NCBI GenBank assembly: GCA_977017575.1
Contig: CDRNVI010000012.1
Location: forward strand, 1,054,001-1,118,000
DNA: 64,000 nt
DNA from: Paramoeba atlantica
Taxonomy: Eukaryota; Protista; Discosea
Direction: 5' to 3'
A program made the position numbers and the translations under genes. Positions 31,773-42,956 of this stretch are shown here, one piece after another. Position 1 is the first letter of the stretch. Each line of letters starts with the position of its first letter. The notes beneath the pieces were generated by a model. That model ran no database searches, was not told where the DNA came from, and was given only the letters and a program-made list of their open reading frames with translations.

Positions 31773-33068
31773 ATGGACTCTCTACTCATTACGGAGGACA
31801 CTGTCGAGACGGCACAACTACGGTACGACGCTCTTGTCGCTGAATTTGCCTTCCTCGAGAAAAAACTAGAACAAGTCAACCCGGTAGTACGCGAGGAGTT
31901 CCTTAAAGATCGTGAGGAAAAAGCCATGACGGAGATTGAGGCCAAATGCCGTTCTGAGGCTGCGGAACTCACCCAGCGACGGGAGTTACTTGACAAGGAG
32001 CTGCGCGCCGTCGACGCCCGTGTGGAGAAACTACGCCACGACGCTCTGGAGTTACAGCCGGAGACCTTCGACCACAGCGAACTCCACGCACGGTTCTCCG
32101 CTTTACGTGATGAAATCTCCCGTGAGAACACCCGACTGACTCGTGGACCTCATGAACGTCTCGCTGCTCACGCGAACGCCCTGGCAGAGTTGTACCAAAC
32201 GCGGTGTGATGTGGCACAGAGTCGTCTACGACTCGTCGAGGGGTTCCGTCACACCGCACAAGCCCTTGAACAAACATTAGCAGATTCCGCAGCCCAGCAA
32301 GCTACATGGGAAAATGTCACAGAGCACATGGAGAGTGCGCAACAAAACGAGATAGCTACCGCTCGGGAACGACAAGGAATTGAGGCAGAGTTCGCGGCCC
32401 AGGAGCTGACCTACCACGAGGGGGCGACACAGAAATGGGAGCAGTTGGAACACGAGACCCGTCACCTGGCAGCGCTACAGCAGGAGCACAGTGAGGCAGT
32501 AGCTCGGCTAAACACACTGGAGTCCGAGTGTTACACTCTGTCTGCGGTACAAAGCGCAGAGGTCGCCCAGCTCCGTCGACAAATTCAACAGGAGGTGACA
32601 CAAAAAAGAGACGGTCTTAGGGAGGTACAGGAGGCCGAGACGACGCGCGTACAGGATGCCCATCAGCTGGAATTGGAGAAACTACATTTGCTCCGTGAGA
32701 GTGTGAGCAAGGAACAGGAAGCGGATTTCACGATCACACATCAGCTTGTTGCTTCACTTGACAGTGCGATAGAAGGATTAAGGCAGCAAGCCGCGGAGGA
32801 GGACATAATGCGGTATAGGCATGTTGAAGCTCAACATTCGGTGGTTGCGCTTCGACACGCATTATCTGAGTTGTATGGCACTATTGAGGTGCAAAAACAG
32901 TCTATTATTGATTTAGCACAGGAATATGAGCAGGTCAAACAAAGCATATCGGATATTAAGGTGCAGACTACATTGACCAAAGGCGTGGGGTTGTATCCTG
33001 GAAGTACCACAGGCCTGACACCATACAAGACTCCTAGACGTTTGCAGACTACTCAAACTTTTGAATAA
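31773..33068 (+). CDS. Coiled-coil protein
   Basis: E/Q/R/L-rich heptads throughout. First ATG at 31773. Confidence 0.75.
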   Translation: MDSLLITEDTVETAQLRYDALVAEFAFLEKKLEQVNPVVREEFLKDREEKAMTEIEAKCRSEAAELTQRRELLDKELRAVDARVEKLRHDALELQPETFDHSELHARFSALRDEISRENTRLTRGPHERLAAHANALAELYQTRCDVAQSRLRLVEGFRHTAQALEQTLADSAAQQATWENVTEHMESAQQNEIATARERQGIEAEFAAQELTYHEGATQKWEQLEHETRHLAALQQEHSEAVARLNTLESECYTLSAVQSAEVAQLRRQIQQEVTQKRDGLREVQEAETTRVQDAHQLELEKLHLLRESVSKEQEADFTITHQLVASLDSAIEGLRQQAAEEDIMRYRHVEAQHSVVALRHALSELYGTIEVQKQSIIDLAQEYEQVKQSISDIKVQTTLTKGVGLYPGSTTGLTPYKTPRRLQTTQTFE

Positions 33069-33264
33069 GGACTTTTCATACTGTATATTCTATAATACCT
33101 TAGGTGCACTTCTGTATTGATTTTCCAAACTATGATGATCTAGGGTGCCGGTAATATCAATTGCATATTAATGAAAGGCGTCCGAACATTGCGTTTCGCG
33201 CATAGTCTTAGAATCAGTATGTTTCAGAACCGTTTTTCTTGTATTTCCAATTCAAAAAAATTCT

Positions 33265-34302
33265 ATGCCTACACGCGAAAAGCAACGCCGGGAACTGATG
33301 GAAGATTTTATTCTGGAAATTAGCCACTGTGATCGCGATCGCCACGAGCTTTTGCGTCAACTTCACCCATGCTACCCTTTTTTTCGTCATAGAAACTGTC
33401 CTCGTCGCGCTTCATGTCCGTACGCGCATACTAAAGCTCAGGTCCCTCGTACTCTTACCAATCTGGAAAAAATTCATGGTCTCAAACATGGGACGCTGAC
33501 CAGAGAAAATGGGCGAGCTTGCGTAAATCAGATTGTAATTGAGCCTTTTTCGAGTGCGTTCTGTCCAGAGAAAATAAAAAAAGGTTACTGCTCCAACGCA
33601 CCTTGTACTTCAGCTCACACCGCTTCAGAATTATGGCGCGCGATAAAATTAGTAACCAAGGCCCGGTGTCCTTCCACATCTCACGTCGATTTCAAAGGCA
33701 AAAGTGCACTATACATTTACTCTTCTCGGATATCTGCAAGCAATTCACGGGATAGCTCTTCTTACGCAAACGGGAGGTCTGGACAAGTAATGCGCGATTC
33801 TACAAGCATACGCGTACCAGAGGAACCCTTTTGTGAAGAAGTTGTCGATCGGATCAACACGAAATCAGCAGTGGTTGAGTCACGAACACTTTCTGAAAGT
33901 CGCCCGGGAGATCAAGTGAACCACGAAAATGAATGCGCCCTTCGAAATCGCTTACGTTTTTGTCAGAGTTTGATGCAGCGCGGCTGTTGTCCCCGTAGAC
34001 AAGATTGTCCACATGCGCACAAGATGGGAGAAATACGAGTAGCCTTTCAAAAACTTCTACGCTTATGTGCCTACGATAAAAAGGCTTTCACTGCACGTAT
34101 CCAGAGACAGGGGGCGCGAAAAACACAGTATCGCAATCTAAATGTGGAGCTACTGAAATCTCGTGCAATATTTTGTGAACAAATGATCAAGGAGAAGTGG
34201 TGTAGTCGTGAGAATGAATATCCATTTTCGCATCGTGGAGAGCTTATGTTTGCTATATTGCAGTTAAAAGAATATCATGCGCACCGACGAATGTCACATT
34301 AA
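33265..34302 (+). CDS. CCCH zinc-finger protein (3 fingers plus 1 degenerate)
   Basis: CYPFFRHRNCPRRASCPYAH, CPEKIKKGYCSNAPCTSAH, CQSLMQRGCCPRRQDCPHAH, CEQMIKEKWCSRENEYPFSH. Confidence 0.8.
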   Translation: MPTREKQRRELMEDFILEISHCDRDRHELLRQLHPCYPFFRHRNCPRRASCPYAHTKAQVPRTLTNLEKIHGLKHGTLTRENGRACVNQIVIEPFSSAFCPEKIKKGYCSNAPCTSAHTASELWRAIKLVTKARCPSTSHVDFKGKSALYIYSSRISASNSRDSSSYANGRSGQVMRDSTSIRVPEEPFCEEVVDRINTKSAVVESRTLSESRPGDQVNHENECALRNRLRFCQSLMQRGCCPRRQDCPHAHKMGEIRVAFQKLLRLCAYDKKAFTARIQRQGARKTQYRNLNVELLKSRAIFCEQMIKEKWCSRENEYPFSHRGELMFAILQLKEYHAHRRMSH

Positions 34303-34987
34303 AAATATGGATTGGTGCAACATCTTCACGTACAGGTGACATTTCCAAAAGCTTGCTTTTTTATAGTTATTCTTCTGTTATGATATCTTCTGTTATGATC
34401 ATAACGCCGTATTAGTCCTATTTTTTGTGTACTAACTATTTTTTCTTGCCCTAAGTATTTTCTGATTTGAAATATCATTATGTTACGCTTTTTGGCGACG
34501 GATACATGCACTTGAATAAGACTTGTAGTTGTTATAAAAAGAATCCATGTATACAGTGTTATATTTAATTACGCTTTTAAGGTTATTTTTGGACAAAATT
34601 AATCTTAATTAAATTGACTGTAAGATAATCCACTCGTAAATTAATAATTTTTGAACACACCTTTTGAGTAATGTTTAAAAAAAACGAATTTCGCTTCGGT
34701 TTAGCCGAATTTTTCATTACGTAAGTATTTCTTGTGAGCATTAGTACGCATAATTCTCTTATTCGAAATGTACACTATTTTACAAATATTGTTCATTTTT
34801 CGTTTCCGGCAATAATTATAAACTCAAAATATTAGGTGGCAGTGTATGGTACTTTCAGTGCATTTTTTCGTCTTTTTGAGCAAAGTACTGTAGATTGGAT
34901 TAACATTTTCACGGGATGAAGTCATCAGCAAATCGAAACTCCACGTCCTCGTTTTCGTAGCTTGTCCGCGCTCAAAATAGACACTCA

Positions 34988-36169
34988 ATGACAACTTTGA
35001 AAAAAATGATCCTACCGAAGAAAATGTTGGATGACATAAATGCAATGGCTGCGATCATCTCCGGAATTTTATCAAAAAACGCAATTTGCGACCCGAATTA
35101 TGTGGCCGCTGATGTTGATATGTGTAGCACTGGTGATCTCACACTTTCTATGGCGCAATACTTTCCAACAACTTGGTCAATTTACTCTGATCCAAGTCAA
35201 TATAGTGAATTAGATCATCGTTTAAGAGGAGAAACTACTCCGATATCTCGCTCTGATCAATCCAGTGTTTCTAATGGGAAAAGGGCCTCTTTTGATATGA
35301 CTAATGCAGTGCTCCAGAGGAACCGTATTGAACTCGCTTGCAACTCAATTTATGACGGAGAAAATCTAAAGTTGCCTTTTCTAAATAGTTCTATAGATCT
35401 GATATTTGTGTCCCAGAAGATAAAAACTCTTCTACCAACCCAAATGTGCAGTTCAATAATGACAAATCTAGTTGACCCTACATCAATTAATAGCCTTTCA
35501 CATCTTATCGAGGAAGGGTACCGGTGTTTGCGAACGGATGCAGGAGTATTAGTCATTTACGGTACGTTGTCTCCAGAACTTAGCGAAGTACAACTAGGTG
35601 ACAGTAGTTGGATCCAAATACCGGACATGCCTCAAATACAAGAAGGATGGCTAGAGATCAAGCGAGAGTTAGGTTTGTCCAAGAGTTCCTCACTTAAACA
35701 CGAAAAAGAAATACTTACGAAAAATATAATGACCATGAAATGCACTCCTTTCGGAAAACATCAGCTCTCAAGCTCTTGGAGGTCACGTTCGTATTCCCGA
35801 TTTACGCATTATTTTGATACAGCACAACTGACCCTTCCAGAATTTTACCTTGAATTAAAGTCTTTGCCACAATATCAATTTTTCGTGCGTCCCATGAACG
35901 ATCCAGAGACCGTCGGCTGCCACAGACATCACGATAATAATGTTGTCGAAAGTTTTTGTCTTTTTCTTCAATATAATAAAATTAAAAGAGTCCGATTGAG
36001 GCGTACTCATCGTCTTTTCCTGCTTTCCTCCTCAAGAAGCCTAATACACCACGAATTATTGTTTATGAAAGATGATGAAACCTCAGTTTTCGATGCTACT
36101 AAATCTAGTGCACACTCTTTCAACCAAATTGAGAGTCACATCCACTTGTTAGGTCGAGAAAAGAAGTAA
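34988..36169 (+). CDS. Class I SAM-methyltransferase-like protein
   Basis: Degenerate motif I ADVDMCSTGDLT, LPFLNSSIDLIF, YRCLRTDAGVLVIYG. Confidence 0.6.
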   Translation: MTTLKKMILPKKMLDDINAMAAIISGILSKNAICDPNYVAADVDMCSTGDLTLSMAQYFPTTWSIYSDPSQYSELDHRLRGETTPISRSDQSSVSNGKRASFDMTNAVLQRNRIELACNSIYDGENLKLPFLNSSIDLIFVSQKIKTLLPTQMCSSIMTNLVDPTSINSLSHLIEEGYRCLRTDAGVLVIYGTLSPELSEVQLGDSSWIQIPDMPQIQEGWLEIKRELGLSKSSSLKHEKEILTKNIMTMKCTPFGKHQLSSSWRSRSYSRFTHYFDTAQLTLPEFYLELKSLPQYQFFVRPMNDPETVGCHRHHDNNVVESFCLFLQYNKIKRVRLRRTHRLFLLSSSRSLIHHELLFMKDDETSVFDATKSSAHSFNQIESHIHLLGREKK

Positions 36170-36326
36170 AAAAACGTGATCCCAAATTAAATAAATAACT
36201 TTATAATGGAGCTTTAATCGTTGAAAATAACCCTGCTTAATGTAGAATTCAAAATTATTTTTACTTGAAATTGGGTGTGTGTCATGTTTCACTCTTTTTA
36301 TCAGCATTTTTCCGCATCTCGCGTTT

Positions 36327-38747
36327 ATGGAATTCGTCCCACTTTCCCCTTTATCCAGGGTGCATTGTAATCTGCTCAGCGTCGATTTGGGGTCCTCCGG
36401 CACATTTCGCGTTCTTCTTGACTGTGGGTGGAGGGAAGATTTCGATCCATCGCTGGCGAAAGCGCTTCGTGGGTGTGCACCACTCTTGGATGCTATTGTA
36501 ATTACGCATGGAACTGTGTCGCACATCGCAGCACTTCCCTATCTTATTGGCGTCCTTCGCGTTTCGTGTCCCGTCTACGCTACTGTTCCGGCTACTCGAT
36601 TGGGGCATCTAACATGTGTTGAAATGTTTTATAATCGCTCAACTGATATTATTTTGCCCTCTGTAGATTGCTACACTGCTGCTGATATCGATACAACATT
36701 CTTTCCTAATCGTATTACCGAGGTTGATTTTGAGGAACGTGTCGAGCTTCCACGTGGCCTCACCCTTCAAAGTGTATGTGCGGGACATACACTTGGCGGG
36801 AGTGCGTGGAAAATCACTTCCATTTCGTCTGACACCATTCTATATAATCCAGAGTGTTCAACAAGCAGAAACTTTTTTCTTCCTTCAATATCACAATTAA
36901 ATTTTTTACGCTCAGAGATAATATTAGTGTCATCTTCTTGCGCTCGTCGCACAGTATGTTCGGAAAGTTTTGAAGCGTGCGCTGAACCAATTTTGAAAAC
37001 GATTTGTGAAACGTTGCACAATAATGGGAATGTGCTTATACCATGCGATGCAGGTGTTGAGGTGCTTCCTTTCTTGCTTTACGTCGACCGCGAATGGCGT
37101 AAAAAGGGAATGGCAAATTATCCTTTGGTTTTCCTTTCTCATACAGCCATAATCTGGTCTGATCTCATTAAATCTCTTTCGAGCTATGCGTCAGAGGACG
37201 TGCAGCGTGCCGCACTTGAAGGAAAGAATAATCCTCTGGATTTAAAGCGACGCAAAAATATGTTATTTTGTCGGGATATTACTGAAATTCGTGAGCTCTC
37301 TGGACCGAAAGCGGTTTTTGCTACTCCTTTTAGCATGTGTGCGGGATGGTCTCAAGAACTTTTATTGATGTGGTGCGATGACCCCAAAAACACTATCATA
37401 TCTTTAGATCAGTCAAATAACGATGGCGTAATGAAACGAATTGTCGATGACATGAACGAGGCGAGACGTCCTTCAACTTATACTTTGCGTGTTTTTTCTC
37501 GTGAAACAGGAGAAGAATATGATGATAGCATTTCGGAAACCAGTTCTTCCAGTTCCTCAACGCCCATAAAATCTCGAAATTTTAATAACCTTGACGAAAT
37601 ACATTCCCCTTCATCAGATGGGGAAATTGATCAAAATACTTCCCGCGAGCGAATTCTTAATCCCAAAGAAGGGGAAATACGTCCCGGAGTATTCGTCTCT
37701 CGAGAGGTTAGGGGGGCACTACGTAAAAACCAAGGACTACTTGCGAATCCGGCCATCCTTCAGTTTCCTTTTTCAGATCCTACAAGTCCCACTTGTGCGG
37801 AATACGGTTCGGACATTCCGCGCGAGCTGCTTTGCGCGTGGCGAACTCAGAAAGGCAGAGTCAAACCCAATGTAGAGCAGGTGAGAGAATCTCAGTCAGA
37901 TGAGCGAAAAATATCAGAATATACATGTAATGCCCAAAATGATTCAGAGAATCACATTGATGAGCATGCTACAGAAATAGGTAGCTCTGCACTTCAAGAA
38001 CACGGGGCGACACAGGTTGTAGGGAGGTTAGATCTTTCTAAGAAGCTTCGAAATTACAACGTACAGTGTCGCGAGCAAATAATGCAATTGCGAGCAAAGG
38101 TTTATTCCTCAATACTTGTTCCTTGTATGGACTTTACCGCTCTGACATCGGTACTACGTTCTCTTAGCGAAAAGACTCGTAAAGTGTGCTTCATAGGAAG
38201 TAAAGAAGAGAATGAGTCCGTTCGAGAATGGGTGGCAGAATATCTCCCAGAGTCACGAGTGTGGTATGCCGAGGATACAACAGCGAAGCTCGTTCTCTCT
38301 TCACCCATTCAGTGTACTATTCACATTCATCTCGAAACGCTTAAAAGTGGAAGACAGCATCATATTGCTAGCGAAGACTGTAATCTATTAACTCTACGCG
38401 GGGAATTTGTACCTTTCAAGGAGAGTAATGGAGATAGAGAAGCTGAAACTGAAAATGACGATTCGTCTCGTCGAGCTCAACAGGATCACTATTCTATTGT
38501 TCCATCTTCTGAAAAGGTGTATCATACACCTCCTACTGTATTTGTGGGAGAAAGCAGTTCATCTTCTATTTCTACGTCTCTTCAAAGGAGCTATGTAAAT
38601 CATACCTCACACTTGGATATGCTAATGCTACAGGATTCTCTCTTACTTCACAGCGAAAAACAGGGTGATTTATGTATGGAGATGGTGGTATCTTCTACTG
38701 CGTTGAATGCACGCAGAGCTGTACGGGCTCACTTTGTCGAAATATAA
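36327..38747 (+). CDS. CPSF2: Cleavage and polyadenylation factor 100-kDa subunit
   Basis: VLLDCGWREDFD, DAIVITHG..SHIAALPY, AGHTLGGSAWKI, LHNNGNVLIPCD, beta-CASP region. Likely start MEFVPLS at 36327. Confidence 0.85.
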   Translation: MEFVPLSPLSRVHCNLLSVDLGSSGTFRVLLDCGWREDFDPSLAKALRGCAPLLDAIVITHGTVSHIAALPYLIGVLRVSCPVYATVPATRLGHLTCVEMFYNRSTDIILPSVDCYTAADIDTTFFPNRITEVDFEERVELPRGLTLQSVCAGHTLGGSAWKITSISSDTILYNPECSTSRNFFLPSISQLNFLRSEIILVSSSCARRTVCSESFEACAEPILKTICETLHNNGNVLIPCDAGVEVLPFLLYVDREWRKKGMANYPLVFLSHTAIIWSDLIKSLSSYASEDVQRAALEGKNNPLDLKRRKNMLFCRDITEIRELSGPKAVFATPFSMCAGWSQELLLMWCDDPKNTIISLDQSNNDGVMKRIVDDMNEARRPSTYTLRVFSRETGEEYDDSISETSSSSSSTPIKSRNFNNLDEIHSPSSDGEIDQNTSRERILNPKEGEIRPGVFVSREVRGALRKNQGLLANPAILQFPFSDPTSPTCAEYGSDIPRELLCAWRTQKGRVKPNVEQVRESQSDERKISEYTCNAQNDSENHIDEHATEIGSSALQEHGATQVVGRLDLSKKLRNYNVQCREQIMQLRAKVYSSILVPCMDFTALTSVLRSLSEKTRKVCFIGSKEENESVREWVAEYLPESRVWYAEDTTAKLVLSSPIQCTIHIHLETLKSGRQHHIASEDCNLLTLRGEFVPFKESNGDREAETENDDSSRRAQQDHYSIVPSSEKVYHTPPTVFVGESSSSSISTSLQRSYVNHTSHLDMLMLQDSLLLHSEKQGDLCMEMVVSSTALNARRAVRAHFVEI

Positions 38748-38895
38748 GTTGAAATATGACGTTGAACTGTTTATTAAGTGGTATCTCAATTTATTTCCCT
38801 TTCCACTTTTCGTGGTCGTCGCTTCGAAAGCCTTTAACATAAATTTCTATAATTTTTGTAGAAGTGTCATACAAACAAAAGTAACATAATCAAAA

Positions 38896-40338
38896 ATGAA
38901 AATAGATATTCATGCCAAGAGAGCTTCCTACGCACAGCAGAGAGGAGCATCCTGTGAATTTAAACCTGAACGGCACGAACAGCCATCGAATGAGCCTAGG
39001 TATGTGCTTCCATCATCAGATTTGGATGACTGCGATAAAAATCAAAAGGTTGAAACTACAGTCACTCCGTGGGAGGTGCAAGGTGAAGTCGATTACGAAA
39101 AGTTGATTCGCGATTTTGGAAGTGAACCTATAACTGCGGATATGGTTGAAAGTCTTAAAATTTTGACAAACTCACGACCCCACCATTTCTTATCTCGTAA
39201 CATTTTCTTTAGTCATCGTGATTTTCATCGTATTTTACAGGCACACTCTAGTGGGACGCCTTTTTACCTGTATACAGGAAGAGGGCCTTCCTCCGAGGCC
39301 ATGCATTTGGGTCACCTTGTCCCGTTTCTCTTTACAAAGTGGTTACAAGACGTTTTTGACGTTCCTTTGGTGATACAAATTACGGATGACGAGAAGTACC
39401 TTTGGAAAGACATCACGATGGAGAAAATGGACCGCATCGCGCATGAAAACATTAAGGACATCATTGCTTTGGGTTTCAATCCCCAGAAAACGTTTATCTT
39501 TAAAAACTACGAATACCTTGGATCTATGTACCGCGTGGTGTCAAAGATTCAACGCGGTGTCACTGCCTCCCAGGCGCGTAATTGCTTTGGCTTTCGTATG
39601 GAAGACAACATTGGAAAGTGGTCCTTCCCAGCCATTCAAGCCGCTCCCTCTTTTGCTGCAGCTTTTCCTCATCTCTTCCCAATGCCAGAAAAAGAACAGA
39701 GGAACGTACTGTGTCTCATTCCTTGTGCGATTGACCAGGACCCCTACTTTCGTCTCACGCGGGATATTGCACCGAGGCTGGGGTGGCCCAAACCTGCGCT
39801 ACTGCACAGCATCTTCTTCCCCGCTTTGGTCGGTCCACATACCAAGATGAGTGCCTCCGCCTCTCACACGTGCATTTACCTCACCGATACACCGGAAATG
39901 ATAAAAGATAAAATCTCTCGGTATGCTTTTAGTGGCGGGGGCGCGACGCGTCGAGAGCATCTAACCCTTGGGGGGCACGCGGAGATAGACGTCCCGTTAC
40001 AATGGCTGCGATTTTTTATGGAGGATGAGAATAAACTCGCGGAGCTCACCTGGGGGTACCGCACGGGACGAGTCTCCACGTCTGAAGTGAAGAAAGTGCT
40101 TATTGAGGTGCTGCAGAAAATAGTAGCGGAACATCAACGAGCTAGGGCATTGGTCACAGATGCTGATGTCAAATCATTTACTTGTGTGCTTTCAAACAAA
40201 CCAAAGAATCAAGGAGAAAACGTGACCAACAGAACATCTGTTAACAAGAAATGTATGCGTGAGAAACTCACGAAGTTTTGGACTGCTGCATGTCTTCGTC
40301 TCAGCAAAAGCAAAGCATGCTTTCGGAATTTGATTTGA
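38896..40338 (+). CDS. WARS: Tryptophanyl-tRNA synthetase (eukaryotic type)
   Basis: VTPWEV, YLYTGRGPSS, HLGH (HIGH), IPCAIDQDPYFR, KMSAS. Confidence 0.96.
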   Translation: MKIDIHAKRASYAQQRGASCEFKPERHEQPSNEPRYVLPSSDLDDCDKNQKVETTVTPWEVQGEVDYEKLIRDFGSEPITADMVESLKILTNSRPHHFLSRNIFFSHRDFHRILQAHSSGTPFYLYTGRGPSSEAMHLGHLVPFLFTKWLQDVFDVPLVIQITDDEKYLWKDITMEKMDRIAHENIKDIIALGFNPQKTFIFKNYEYLGSMYRVVSKIQRGVTASQARNCFGFRMEDNIGKWSFPAIQAAPSFAAAFPHLFPMPEKEQRNVLCLIPCAIDQDPYFRLTRDIAPRLGWPKPALLHSIFFPALVGPHTKMSASASHTCIYLTDTPEMIKDKISRYAFSGGGATRREHLTLGGHAEIDVPLQWLRFFMEDENKLAELTWGYRTGRVSTSEVKKVLIEVLQKIVAEHQRARALVTDADVKSFTCVLSNKPKNQGENVTNRTSVNKKCMREKLTKFWTAACLRLSKSKACFRNLI

Positions 40339-40449
40339 TGTATTGTAGTTTTTTAGTCCATTGTCTGGAACAATGTCCACTGCTCATTTTAAATAAGCGT
40401 CTTGTCGGGTAAAAAATTATTTACCGTATTTTATGGACATGATACACAT

Positions 40450-40871
40450 TGCTTACTACGTGGAGAGCGTAAGTTCATAGTTTGAGTTAAATCTTTGAGT
40501 ATCTGTTGCGGACAGAAGGATAATTTTCAAACGATACTTTTCTGTTAATGCATTGATCAACACATCTTCCAGTGTAAACAACACAGGTACTGGCAGAGGT
40601 ATTGAGTCTGGAAGCCTCGAAAGGATTCGAATCACTCAGCCTCCTTGGTAGCCACGAGGCACTTGGCCTTGAGGCTGAGGCCGATGCACTTAGTTTCCCT
40701 TCCTAGGGAAGACATTGCCTGAGCATACAAGGAGAGAGCAGCAATAGTTACATCAACCAAGTTGAAATCCGTGGAAAACTTGTCCGTGCATTTTTGTGTA
40801 CCTATTTATAAAAGCATGAGGCCGAGGTGGTCCCCCTGCCTCAATCCCTTGCTGATGATAATCTTTTCATC
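40450..40871 (-). pseudogene. Non-LTR retrotransposon reverse-transcriptase relic (CRE/SLACS-like)
   Basis: IIISKGLRQGDHLGLMLL*...STDFNLVDVTIA...LGRETKCIGLSLKAKC, corresponding to the GxRQGDPLG, degenerate YLDD and GLxLNxxK regions. Confidence 0.7.
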
Positions 40872-40889
40872 TCAAAATACTACCGTATA

Positions 40890-42660
40890 CGGGGGGGGGG
40901 GCACGAAAACTAACAAGGTCCGCATTTTAGCGTCCTGAGGCCGTTTGAGCTGATTTTTGTCGCAAACGAGAGATCTCGTTCTGAATATCGTGTCTACACT
41001 ATTTGGATCCCGTTTCTTCTCAAAAACAATTATTTACAAAATACTGGAATTTTGGCCAAAATATTTTGCAAAAAGTACTGAAAAATGTAAAAAGGTTTAT
41101 TTTTTCTTCTTTTTACCTTATTTTGGGCAAAGGGAATAGATTAAAACGTCGCCAGCTATCACCAGAACAGTGTTCATATCTTGTGCACATTGTTTGTGCA
41201 CACAAACAACTATTCCGGATACGGCACGTATGATGAACTGTTCAGAGAGCTCTGTTTCTCGGTACAAAGCTGCTATTCCAAAGGCCAAGGAATTGTTGAA
41301 CGAATGTCACGAGGCGTGTGTAAACCATAGCTGTAAAATTGCGGTGGTTGTAAAACTACCGCTCTACACTCGATTATTGAAGAAAAAGTGAACAAAAACA
41401 GTGAAAATATAAAGGGGAACACAGTAATATAATAGAAGAAAAAAATATAAAAGGGGGCTCCGGTGGACCAAAACTGAAAAATTGAAAAAAATGGGGGGTC
41501 CAGGGGGGGGTCATGGTCGAGCAAATTTTTTCGAAAAAATTAGTTTTCGAAAAAAAAACGCAGAAAGGGTAGCCGGGGTCTTGGCGCGCATTTTCCACCC
41601 CCCTACCCGGGGGTGACCCCCCCGCGTATCCGCAGGACGGGTCCGCCAAGTTCGGATTTTTTCGGAAAAAACATTTTGAAAAAAATTTCAACTTGGCGAA
41701 AAAAATGGCAAAAAAATATTTTTCCAAAATCGTTTCCCCTATTGTATTTTGATAGTTTGGGACCTACACTAGCTTTCTCCGCAGTTGTTTTCGCAAGGTA
41801 TCCCTTCTTCTAACCGTGGTGCGCCCCTCAAAATGACTCATTTTTGACTATAAAAGGTGAAAAAGTATTTTTCGGACCCAAATGGGCCTTTTTGTGTCGA
41901 AAGAATGGTATGGTTGGAGTCGTATTCTCTACCCAATACGTTCAGTAGGGTTCATGCTTACGAGTGATTTCCCACACGAAAATGTCGGATTTAGTGCTCT
42001 GACAGCAAAAATACGCGAAAATCACCCCATTTTTACCCGAAATTCGGCTATTTTTGGCTATAATCTTTCCGTTTTTCAGGCTAAATTTTCTTTTTTAGGC
42101 TCTTCGTTAAACGCGGTGGTAGTTTTCAACGCGAAGAGCGCAGCATGAGTGACTTCTAAGTTGAAAACAACCACCGCGTTTAACGAAGAGCCTAAAAAAG
42201 AATTGAAAAAAAAGTGAACAAAAACAGTGAAAATTTCAGTAATCATGTTAATTTATTAATAATTATTAATAATTGACCCTTTCTTTTAATAATAATTATT
42301 CATAATTATTATTAAAATTATTAATACAGCTATGGCGTAAACACGCTAAAGAGACACCCCACGCGCCTCGCTACACTACGTGCGCGTGGAGGTGGGAATA
42401 CTGGCTATTAAGACCTACTTTCTGGGTACTTTTTGGGCCGTGGTACGTAAAAATTACGAATTTTACCCGTTTTTCAATTTGCAAAATCTTTAAATTTTCA
42501 CTTTTGTAACTCATTGGAAACGTTTTCCGGTGAACGTTTTTGTATTTTAAATAGCGTAGACACGATATTCAGAACGAGATCTCTCGTTTGCGACAAAAAT
42601 CAGCTCAAACGACCTCAGTACGCTAAAATGCGGACCTTGTCAGTTTTCGTGCCCCCCCTG
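40890..42660 (+). mobile_element. 1771-bp TA-flanked Tc1-like deletion derivative with ~112-bp TIRs
   Basis: TIRs 40890-41004 and 42549-42660 are near-identical, with TA on both sides. HTH relic at 41123-41268 and C-terminal relic PTRLATLRARGGGNTGY* ending at 42411. Confidence 0.85.
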
Positions 42661-42956
42661 TATATCCCTCAGTAATACCTAGTGTACCTACCTATCTACC
42701 TACTCGAAAAAACTTTCATTTGTTTTCCCCCTATTTTCCGGTACATCTTAAGTAAATTGTTTTATTATTTTAAGTTACCTTACAGTACTAATCGAATTTT
42801 CATAAAACCATGCTCACTTTACGTGGCTTTAGTGTAAGCGCTTCAAACAAATGTATGTCATTGCTTCGCGATGATTGCAGCACTTTTTCTTGGGCCTTTG
42901 GTTCAAAACAAAGCGCACACGAAGCTTAACATTATGATCATTCAAAATCTGTAGTC

